A stretch of 62,861 bases of DNA, the filler included, from Lenisia limosa (taxonomy: Eukaryota > Protista > Breviatea): the NCBI GenBank assembly GCA_001655205.1. It is 12 parts of 12 records of this genome, joined end to end, with 100 filler letters (N's around TTAATTAATTAA, not from the genome) between each part and the next. Parts side by side here need not be neighbours in the genome. Positions count along the whole stretch, not along the records: positions 44,078 to 52,693 come from LPNZ01001782.1; positions 52,794 to 54,286 come from LPNZ01007661.1; positions 54,387 to 56,652 come from LPNZ01010618.1; positions 56,753 to 62,861 come from LPNZ01000405.1; 8 more parts are not named here. One strand, written 5' to 3'. The notes beneath the pieces were generated by a model. That model ran no database searches. It was not told where the DNA came from and saw only the letters and a program-made list of their open reading frames with translations. The translations under genes and the position numbers were made by a program. Positions within the stretch are counted from its first letter, which is position 1, and each line of letters begins with the position of its first letter. Shown here in pieces: positions 51,160-60,950 of the stretch.

Positions 51160-52520
51160 GGCTGGGGTTTTGGTCTTTAGACCTTAAACACGGGAAGTCC
51201 AACATGGTTGTCCTCCCGACATTGCAAATTATAGCTAAATTAAACATTAATCTATGAGTATACAACTTTGAATAAAGGAAATAAATAAAATAAATACGAG
51301 GTTGAATGTGCTAATCCATCTCTTACAAAACCTTTAAATTTGTTTAAAATGGTATTTCATTTTTGCATAGTTAACACCTTAAACTTCCAATGTACATGTA
51401 AGTTGAGAATATGATATCCATTGTACCTGATTTGAGGCATTTGGAGGCTGCTTTAACGTTTTCTTGAAAAGCTGTTCGAGAGAAGCCATTTGCCTAGAGA
51501 AGTCAACCTCATCATCATACACAAAAAAAAACATGACCCTTCCAAAGGCTCCATAGATTTCATTTGTGGTCAATACTTTTATTCTTCTTGTTATTGCACA
51601 CAAATATTCCAACTTCCTTCTGTGTGATACTGTGGTAAGGTGACACGTAATTGAGTGCGAAGAGGACATGTTTTTTCAATATATGTTGTTCCATATCTCG
51701 AATCAAAGCGATATTTACCACACTTTTGCGGCTAAATCGTGGTTTAAAACAGCAACCCACTCAGATTTCTTGATATGCCTGCTGGCCAAACAGTAATCCT
51801 TTCGGACCTGTACATCGACTTTGTCCATCTTAATACCTTCTTTCTTACTGGCCAAGGTACCGTCTTCGAAAAGAACGCTTCTGAAGAATGAGGATGGGGG
51901 GGGGGAGTAAAATTGGAAAATTTATGAAACGAAAGCCCAAAATCAACTCTGTTGGCTGGCAACACGTTGATAGCAACAATACAAACAAAGCCCAGGCCAG
52001 TCACTTCTACAGCACCGCAGCATAATTATTACTGATAATATACACCACTACCCCCTCCCACTTGACAGCTTCATTTTCTTTGAAGATCACAGAAGCAACA
52101 CCCAAGTTGTCACTCGAACTTTTGGCAAGGGCCATGGTCTCTGGTTTCAACTTCAGGATCGCTGTAGCCAAATTAGACCAATTAGCTTTCATATGATTAT
52201 TAACTTTTGTTTAGGATGATTGTTAACTTTCAGAAATTGTTAACTTTTGTTTTGGATGATTGTTAACTTTAATATGACTATTGTTTAATCACAAGTCATC
52301 ATACCATTATGTGCAACAGCATTCTCGATCCGAAGGCAACTGTATAGAGTTTCAACTTTCTAAACAATGTAAAGATTTTTGCCTAACAAACCCTGTTTGC
52401 AGTCCCCCTCTTACTTCCAGTTTCTTTACTTGCTTACGAGGCTTATGAAAATTTTGGATTCTGATGGTTAACCCAAAACCATATTTATCACCAAGCTCAA
52501 CAAGGACAAGGGCGTCATGG
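51160..52520 (-). CDS. Hypothetical protein exons (possibly the 5' part of the kinase gene)
   Basis: AG..GT-bounded open segments, e.g. RHDALVLVELGDKYGFGLTIRIQNFHKP, ILKLKPETMALAKSSSDNLGVASVIFKENEAVKWEG, SVLFEDGTLASKKEGIKMDKVDVQVRKDYCLASRHIKK. Confidence 0.4.
51897..52020. repeat. Family D, most complete copy
   Basis: G-run AGTAAAATTGGAAAATTTATGAAACGAAAGCCCAAAATCAACTCTGTTGGC..CAAAGCCCAGGCCAGTCACTTCTACAGCACCGCA. Confidence 0.85.
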
Positions 52521-53023
52521 CGGCTGGAAACAACAAATGACTAAAATTTGATGAGACCATCGTATATCATATGATATATACACTTATACAAATATTATAT
52601 GTATGTATATATAGTAGATCTATATACTATATATCTAGTACTAGCTATATATTATTAAGTATCTAGATGAGAAATAAAAAATAAGGTTGTATCNNNNNNN
52701 NNNNNNNNNNNNNNNNNNNNNNNNNNNNNNNNNNNNNTTAATTAATTAANNNNNNNNNNNNNNNNNNNNNNNNNNNNNNNNNNNNNNNNNNNNTATATAC
52801 ATCTAGTATTATATGAATGAATGTATGTATTATATATAATATAAGATATATTAGTACACTATTTATTTAATTTAGAGTATATTAGAGGTGGGGATGTGGG
52901 GTATAAGGGTATGTTGTACGGAGTCTTAGTACTGTGCCATTTTAACCTTTTTAATTACAAGTTAACTCACCATATTAAGCCTTTTTTTACGTTCTGTTTT
53001 GACAGTTAACTTACCATATTAAG

Positions 53024-54154
53024 CCTTTACGATGGTGTCGTTCTTCCCGACCTGTTTCTTCGGTTCCCAAGAGGCGGAAATGAGACGACACAGGGAGTTT
53101 CGGTATGTTCGACAATAGGATAAGAATTTCAATATTTATTAACAATTGCACGGTTTCAATTTTTTTTTTTTTTCTTTTTTTTTTTTNNNNNNNNNNNNNN
53201 NNNNNNNNNNNNNNNNNNNNNNNNNNNNNNNNNNNNNNNNNNNNNNNNNNNNNNNNNNNNNNNNNNNNNNNNNNCTACATGAAGCCACAGTGAGCAATCA
53301 CACGCACACCTACGACCACGTGCACGTGACTAACGTTACGGAGGAATTGGTCACTCCCAGCCATGACCACATGACAACCTTTTCGTCCGAAGTTGATAAA
53401 ATGTGAAGGGGGAATGGGTGATGGTGTGGAAGGCTTTGGTCAGATACAACTTTGTTTTATTTCTCACCTTTCTTCATGTATCAATACTAGTAGCTTTAAC
53501 TTGTACTATTTTCACTCTCTTTAGTCAGACCTTCAAAGAAGATGGCTCCATGGAGCCTCCTCGTGAAGAGGGCAAAACCCACATTAGTGCTGCTGATGCG
53601 GTGGGAGGGGGGGGGGGNNNNNNNNNNNNNNNNNNNNNNNNNNNNNNNNNNNNNNNNNNNNNNNNNNNNNNNNNNNNNNNNNNNNNNNNNNNNNNNNNNN
53701 NNNNNNNNNNGGGTCGCACTCACTTCTAAAACTGAGAATTTTTAAGAGACCGAATGGCAAAAAGATTGATTTTCAAAAAAGAAATACCATATGATTTATA
53801 TCCAGGGCTTCAGTCGGGTATGAAAAAACCCGGTAAAATATCAATAGGTTTCGAGGAATTATCGAGAAATTCAGTCTTTTTTCGAACTGAAGTGAATCTC
53901 CATTTCTATCAAACTCAATTTCCAAAGGATTTTGTATATTACATTTTACTTTTAAAAGGTCGTTGTGTAATTTCCAAAAGACGGGATTTCTAAAAATAGT
54001 AAAATTTCCAAAACTGACTGAATTTCCAAAACGGACTGATTTTCCAAAACTGACTGGGTTTCTAATTTCGTAGGACAATTATGCCTGGTCCTACAATGCC
54101 GGCGGCTCTATGGGCGCCACGTGGACCTCCGTTGATGGCGAGCACGCGCATAAT
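53024..54154 (+). CDS. Phage tail-collar/tail-fibre-like protein with His-x-His motifs, interrupted by spliceosomal introns (fragment)
   Basis: Exon 53024-53102 LYDGVVLPDLFLRFPRGGNETTQG (tail-collar-like LPDL..RF.RG); exon ~53275-53401 NHTHTYDHVH..VTPSHDH; exon 54074-54154 TWTSVDGEHAHN; GTATGT and GTGGGG donors. Confidence 0.55.
53803..53900. mobile_element. MITE family A copy
   Basis: CAGGGCTTCAGTCGG...TTATCGAGAAATTCAGTCTTTTTTCGAACTGAAGTGAATCTC. Confidence 0.75.
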
Positions 54155-54387
54155 GTGGGGGTTTTGCGTATATTACGCGCATAATGTGGGTTTTTTTTAC
54201 ATTTTATTACGCTCATGTGAGGGAGGGTTATGTTTAATATGGTTTTTTTTATATACCCCCCCTTGTTTGGAGTTTCAGATTATTCGNNNNNNNNNNNNNN
54301 NNNNNNNNNNNNNNNNNNNNNNNNNNNNNNTTAATTAATTAANNNNNNNNNNNNNNNNNNNNNNNNNNNNNNNNNNNNNNNNNNNNG

Positions 54388-54500
54388 AAGCCGTCCACAC
54401 TATCACGCTTATAAGAGATATTGGATTAGAGTATAATATTAATTCATCCAATCATTTGCCTTACAACTCTGTGTACACAGCTTTCTGCGTGCCTCCCCAG
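54388..54500. repeat. Family C copy at a scaffold start
   Basis: GAAGCCGTCCACACTATCACGCTTATAAGAGATATTGG..CACAGCTTTCTGCGTGCCTCCCC. Confidence 0.85.
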
Positions 54501-54645
54501 CATGCAATAATAGTGTTAAGCCCCCTCCCCAACCGCTAAAATCTGATTTGAGAGTATTATCCCTCTCACACACTTGGTTGAAGTATAATAACAGTAGTAT
54601 AACATAACCCCTCACATTTAATAATCTAGTGTTATAAAATATGAT

Positions 54646-54746
54646 TAGGTCTTCACTTCGGTTCGAAAAAGACTGGTAAAATATCGATAGTTTTGAAGAT
54701 TACTCGAGAAACTCAGTCTTTTTTTAAAACCGAAGTGAAGCTTCTA
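54646..54746. mobile_element. MITE family A copy
   Basis: TAGGTCTTCACTTCGGTTCGAAAAAG...AAACCGAAGTGAAGCTTCTA. Confidence 0.85.
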
Positions 54747-55440
54747 TTTGTATGTGAGACCCCACCCACAAGCAGTTCTGCTGCGTTCTCAATACGGCCT
54801 GCGTACTCCCCGATAATCCAAATCTACAACAGGTGAAAAGCAGCTCTAAACCTGGTAAACAGAAAAAGATGATGCAAAACGGTATAGAAGATCCAAATCT
54901 ACAGCGTGTGTAAAGTAAAAAGAAGGGAAAGAAAGAGGGGGGAGGGTCAAAAGATGATGTAAAACTAAAAAGAAGATCCAACGCTAGTAAAACGAAGATT
55001 GTTCNNNNNNNNNNGAAGATTTCCAGTTGACACCGGGGTTGCAGCGGGGGGCTGAGGGGGTCAGAAATGGGGGGAAGGGGTAAAGTGCATATTATAGAGA
55101 AAGAGCTGATATGATAATGGGGTTTCGAGGGGATATACTTTGGCAATTTTTAACCAAAATTCATCGATTTGGTATTTGGTTTTTCCATGTATTAATTTGT
55201 TTCCCTTGATTTATTATATTAATGTACTTTATTGTGTACTTATTTGTTACCTTATTAACGTATATTATGATATTACTTCGTGTGCACAAACAAAAAAATA
55301 AATAAGATGAACGCCTACCGGGCTGGGGGAGCCGACGTCCACAAGCGGGGCTTGGGAGGCAGTGTGCAGTGGGGTCTGGGCGGAGGTAAAACTACTCTGA
55401 CAAAAGCTCCCCTAAAGAAAAAGTGTAGTGGTATTGGAAG

Positions 55441-55540
55441 TAGGGCTTCACTTCGGTTCGAAAAAGTCCGACAAAATATCGATAATTTTCGATAATTTAT
55501 CGAGAAATTCAGTCTTTTTTCGAACCGAAGTGAAGCCCTA
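55441..55540. mobile_element. MITE family A, best copy: 100 bp, perfect 25-bp TIR, hAT-like
   Basis: TAGGGCTTCACTTCGGTTCGAAAAA...TTTTTCGAACCGAAGTGAAGCCCTA; flanks ATTGGAAG / AGTAGAAG (6/8). Confidence 0.92.
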
Positions 55541-55569
55541 AGTAGAAGAGAAGAAGAGCCCCCCCCCCT

Positions 55570-56630
55570 CCAACTTGGCGAGGAGAGGACTCTGGAGAGG
55601 ACACGTCATCGTCGGTCTGGTCAAGGTCTTGACGCGCAATTTCGGCGTATTGCGCGCNNNNNNNNNNTCGCAGAGAGTGGCAATGACGGTTTCGTACTTA
55701 TTGGGGTAGCGGCGGAAGACGTCTCTGATTACAATCTGGGGTATTAAGGATTGATAGTTTGATAAACTATGAAATTCGATAACAACAAAACAAACAAAGC
55801 CAAGGCCAGTCGCTTCTGCAACACCGATCACATGTCGGCTTATTGAAAGTTTGATAATAATGAGGGTAAGGTAATATACAGTACGTATAATGAAAAAGGA
55901 TGATGTGCAAGACGATTATAATGGAAATAATACGTAAGTCCAAAATTTGTGAAATATGACCTTTTGAAACACCATGCCCACCACAGCCTCCTGCACAACG
56001 TAGTTAACCTTCGTCTCGACGAGGTCCAAAAGAGTCTGAGGGATGAGAGGCGAAATAAAAAAAAAGGTTGTATCGGGCCAAAGCCGTCCACAAAATCACG
56101 AGTAAAAGCGATTTGTACAATTTTGACAACATATGCATCATATATATATCTATAGCTACACCCGGACCGCTCTTGGAGCCGCCTCAATCTTAATACCCCC
56201 CCTCATACATAAAGATTTATATTTCGATATTCACATCATATGATTTCGTAAAATATATTATTCATATTTGTATACAACACAAATATCATATATCACCGAC
56301 CTTCACTGCCCTTGGAGCTGCCTTCTCAATCTTAATGGCGCAGCGGCCGATCATTCGAACAGCCCTCCTGACAAACTCAATATCCACTTCGGTGGCATAT
56401 CTGGGGGGAGTAAAATTGGAAATTTATATAACAAAATAATAAAAAAAACAAAAAAAAAAAGCCCAAAATCAACTCTTTTGGCTTGAAGCACACGAGGGTT
56501 GAGAACAACAAAACAAAGCCCTGTCCAGTCGGGGGTTAAATATGAGTGGTACATTATCACCAGAATACCCCCCCACTCCTTCAACTCCAACAGAATCTGA
56601 TCCACGTTCTTCTCATTGGCAAGAGCAACC
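55570..56630 (-). CDS. AP1B1/AP2B1: AP-1/AP-2 complex beta-adaptin, internal fragment
   Basis: [41 protein letters not shown]; [40 protein letters not shown]. An acidic hinge-like exon follows a 10-N gap. Confidence 0.93.
56402..56530. repeat. Family D copy forming the 3' part of a beta-adaptin intron
   Basis: On the minus strand the intron ends ..AAATTTCCAATTTTACTCCCCCCAG|ATATGCC. Confidence 0.85.
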
Positions 56631-56752
56631 TAGAAAGTCAATTGAAGAAGAANNNNNNNNNNNNNNNNNNNNNNNNNNNNNNNNNNNNNNNNNNNNTTAA
56701 TTAATTAANNNNNNNNNNNNNNNNNNNNNNNNNNNNNNNNNNNNNNNNNNNN

Positions 56753-57409
56753 CAACAAACTCATATGATTCTACCATTACATTAGTTGATAAAACACCCG
56801 GGTACTTTTTCCTAATTTCAGGCTTGCTGTCATTCTGATCGACAAATATCAAGGGATGCTCAGAAGAGGGGGTGCGAAGATCCCTAGAAAAGACAGATTC
56901 AGCCAGGTCCGTATATGCGTCGAAATTGGTGACTGTGGGGAGTGAAATGCGAATATATGAAATCATATACAAACAAACAGACTTGACCCCAAAGTTAGGG
57001 AAAAGAGGTCGCATGATGAAAAGAAAGACCGAAACCCCTTTGAGAAACCCAATACCCTACGATGTGAATTAACAAGAGGGTGCTTCAACTCAACATTGTG
57101 GGCTGAACTCTGAAGGGCAAGCTCACCAACGCGGGGCTTTCCTGAACCTAAAGAAAAGATAGGGTGAGGACTTCGGGGAAGAGTGATCTGACCAACCAGT
57201 ATCTGAATAGCCGACGTGCTGTGTTAGTTAGAGGTTTTACGTTGTTAGGAATCTTAGCAAACCGAGGAGATAGTGACTTGAGGCGTATCTTCTCCAGAAT
57301 AGCCAGCTCTCGTCATAGAAGTTCCTACTTCGAGAACCACCGCCCCCACTTCGTCTAATCATGGTAAATAAATCCCTTCGTCGAGGTTCTTACCTCCTCC
57401 GTACATCAT
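56753..57409 (-). CDS. ARP4: Nuclear actin-related protein 4 (ACTL6/BAF53-like), 5' part
   Basis: [30 protein letters not shown] (diagnostic MYGGDEV start), RVGELAL..LKHPLVNSH, RDLRTPSSEHPLIFVD; truncated by the scaffold edge. Confidence 0.88.
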
Positions 57410-57844
57410 CTTGACAGGATTCACCAAATAAAAACACAACTCTTGTACTTTATATATCAAGTTTTCAACTGTTTCTAAAACTATGAATATTAATTTAAGA
57501 TTTAATTCTGAAAGTAAACTACTTGCAACGTGCTTACGTTTTCTGATTTTTACTGTTTACTATTATAACTAATTAATCTGGGGTTACGTTAGATCTGTGA
57601 TTGTTTCGTCTTTGAATATTCGTTGGTTTTTTTTGGTTTTCCACTCTCCAGTTTCATATGTTGTTTAAAAGTGTTCACTGGCTTTGTTAGCTGCTACCAA
57701 CCAAGTGTCCAAGGCTCTCCAGTGTGGTGAAACAAATCAGAATAAGAATATCAAATAACTAAAAAACAAGCCTGAAAAAGAAAACTGTGCAATGCCATCA
57801 CACAAGCACAAACGCGAAACAATTATGCAGAAGATGCAGACTCC

Positions 57845-58425
57845 TTACATGGAGTTGTGGAAGGTACTGAAACAGTCAGGAAGGAAAGGAAGCGGGTTTG
57901 ACAAAGGACAAAAGCAGCGGAATCATAAAGAATGAGTTGAAGCATACCGAGAGATAACCTCCTTGCGTTGGTCGGGGGTAAGACGAGCGAAATGCACGGC
58001 GTATCCGGAAACACGGATGGTGAGGTTGGGGTACTTCTCGGGGTGCTCAGCGGCGTCAAGAAGCATCTCGCGGTTGAGAACGTTGACGTTGATGTGGTGG
58101 CCGCCTGGAGATGTCAGGAGTGAAAGGAATAAGATCAAGAGATCATGAAATATAAAAATAAAGATGGTAATAAAGTTAACGCGAACCTTGGTTGAAGTAG
58201 CCGTCGATGAGAGAAGAAAGGTTGGCCTTCTGGGCTTCGGTCTCACGTCCGAGGGACTTGGGGATGATGGAGAAAGTGTTAGAAACACCGTCCTGGGCGT
58301 CCCAGTAGGGCATCTTAGCGACGGAGTTGAGAGAAGCGAGAGCGCCGGTGCAGTCACGTCCGTGCATGGGGTTGGCTCCGGGGGCGAAAGCCTCACCCTT
58401 CTTGCGACCGTCGGGAGTAGAGCCG

Positions 58426-58460
<35 letters not shown>

Positions 58461-60950
58461 AAGGATGGAGAGAGAGTGCTCGGAGTTGCGGTAAGACTGG
58501 TGGACACGGAGCTTGCCCATGAAGCGGGAGATGATGTCCTTGGCGATCATGTCAACCTCGTCGTTGTCGTTACCGTACTTAGGGAACTCACCAACGACGT
58601 CAAAGTCGACAGCAAGACCAGCCTCGTTGCGGATGGGAGTGACCTTGGCGTGCTTGATGGCGGAGAGGGAGTCAGCAATGACGGAGAGACCGGCGATACC
58701 GAAAGCAAGGAAGCGACCGACCTCAGTGTCGTGAAGAGCCATCTGGATCTTCTCGTAGCAGTACTTGTCATGCATGAAGTGGATGGCGTTCATGGTGTTG
58801 ACGTAGACGCGAGCGAGCCAGTCCATGGCCTTGTCGTAGCGGGGGAAGACCCAGTCGAAATCGAGAGGGCCCTCGGGGGGAGACTCGAACTCGGGGCCGA
58901 TCTGGGCGCCGGAGATCTCGTCCTTACCTCCGTTGAGGATGTAGAGGAGGAGCTTGGGAAGGTTGCAACGGGCACCAAAGAACTGCATCTCCTTGCCGAC
59001 GCGCATGGCAGACACGCAGCAGGCGATGGCATAATCCTGACCGAAACGCTTGCGCATCATGGTGTCATTCTCGTACTGGATAGAAGAGGTCTCGATAGAG
59101 GTGTAAGCGCAGAACTTCTTGAAGTCAACGGGGAGCTTGTCGTCCCAGAGGATGGTAAGGTTAGGTTCGGGGGCAGGGCCGAGGTTGTGAAGAGTCTGGA
59201 GCATACGGAAAGAGGTCTTGGTGACCATAGACTTGCCGTCGAGGAAGCAACCACCGAGGACGCAAGTAACCCAGGTTGGGTCTCCAGCGAAGAGGTCGTT
59301 GTAGGCGGGGGTACGGAGATGACGGCAGAGACGGAGCTTGATGACGAGCTGATCGATGAGCTCCTGAGCCTGAGACTCGGTGATGGTGCCGGCGGCGAGG
59401 TCCTTCTCAATGTAGATATCGAAGAAAGCGTCAACACGGCCGAAAGACATAGCAGCACCGTCTTGTTCGCGGACGGAGCCGAGGTAACCGTAGTAGGTCC
59501 CTGCGGTGTCAGGAAGGCTTGCAAAAAAGCAGAAAGGAAAACACAGTTACGACAACAGACAAGCAAAGAAGCGCCGCTTACATTGGATGGCCTCACGGGT
59601 GGTGGTAGCGGGCTTAGAGATGTCGTCACCGTAGGCGGCAGCCATTTCCTTGAGCTCCTTGAGGGCACGGACCTGTATTGTAAAAGACGAAGGGAAAGAA
59701 CATGAAAAACAGAAATGCGGAAAAAAAACATGATAAGACAAAGCATGCCTACCTGCTCGGAAACCTCCTCGCGGGTACGGATGACCTCCTCGGTGTAAGT
59801 GTTCATGTACTCGGGCTCGAGCATGTCCTCTGGAAACGGTTAAAATATGGGGAGGGATTTCATTAAGAAGCACCAAGGAAACAACAACAAAAAGATCCCA
59901 AGATCCCACTCACTGATCTTAGCGTCGATAAGGTAGTCAACACCGTAGAGGGCAACACGACGGTAGTCACCGATGATACGTCCACGGCCGTAGGCGTCGG
60001 GAAGACCGGTAAGAACACCGGAGCGACGGCAGGCACGCATGTCCTCGTTGTAGACGTCAAAGACACCTTGGAGGATGAGGAAGGAAAATAAGGAAGATCA
60101 CGAGGCAAAATCACGAGAAGTCGAAAAAAAAGTTATTTGAAGGCGTACCATCGTTGTGGGTCTTGCGGTATTTGAAGAAGATGTCGGCGGTAGCTTGGTC
60201 AAGCTCATAGCCGTATGACTTGAGGGCACCCTCGACGGTACGGACACCACCGTTGGGCTTGATGGCACTAAGGAAGTGAATAAGACATAACCAAATGAAA
60301 GGAAACTTCTATTTAATCCTCAAGATCCGAGTAGAAATTTGGAAGTTCCTCTTACCGCTTGAGGGGAACGTCAGTCTGCCATCCCATGATGGTACGGCGC
60401 TCAACAGCCTCGTCAAGGAAACCGGGGGGGAAAGCAGTGATGCCGGAGGGAGTCTTGTTGTCAACATCGTAGATTCCGCGCTAAAATATAATCAGAAATT
60501 CTATGAAAGGAACTTAAAAGAAGTATTAAAGAGAAACCAACCTTGAGCTCCTCCTTGAGGATAGCTTCGCACTTCTTCCAGGTAGCGGTGGTCTCTTCAG
60601 TAGGGCCAGCAAGGAAAGAGGCGTCACCGTTGTAGACAGTGATGTTGTCAGCGATCCACTTGGCGACGTTCACGCGGGGGTCCTCCTTCTGGAGAGAAAG
60701 AGTGTACTTGCCCTCAGCAACTTGAGCGGTGAGGCCGAGGAGGCGCTTCTCAGAGTTGTAGAGCTAAAAAGGCATTAGAAAATGTTGAAAGATAAAAACC
60801 TCAAATATATTTGGAACTCACGTTAAGAGGGGCTGAGGTAGGGATAGAAAAAGCATCGCAGACGGTTTGGCGAACAACGTCAGCTTCCTCAATAGGGTTG
60901 AACTCGAAGTTCTCGACCTTTCCCTGGAATTCAATAGCAACAACTCCCAT
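57845..60950 (-). CDS. PFL: Pyruvate formate-lyase (formate acetyltransferase, glycyl-radical enzyme), complete, 10 exons
   Basis: Exons 60950-60822, 60763-60542, 60480-60356, 60267-60149, 60066-59914, 59829-59753, 59672-59582, 59500-58187, 58104-57948, 57866-57845 keep frame. Motifs: [31 protein letters not shown] (Cys-Cys), [18 protein letters not shown] (glycyl-radical Gly), ending SRTFHNSM*. Strong C/T-ending codon bias. Confidence 0.98.

Noticed and set aside
2377-56708. Recurrent TTAATTAATTAA palindrome, and apparent gene neighbourhoods across it
   Set aside because: Always centred in exactly 44+44 N, so it is an assembly linker. Adjacency across linkers (e.g. beta-adaptin next to ARP4/PFL) is not biological.
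120-57014. Many track ORFs containing runs of X
   Set aside because: Artefacts of reading through N gaps.
58164-59705. 513-aa plus-strand ORF and other long ORFs overlapping PFL
   Set aside because: Antisense shadow ORFs produced by PFL's strong codon bias; no recognisable motifs.
57845-60950. Bacterial contamination as the source of PFL
   Set aside because: Nine canonical spliceosomal introns, ARP4 on the same scaffold, and a host family A MITE at 62556.
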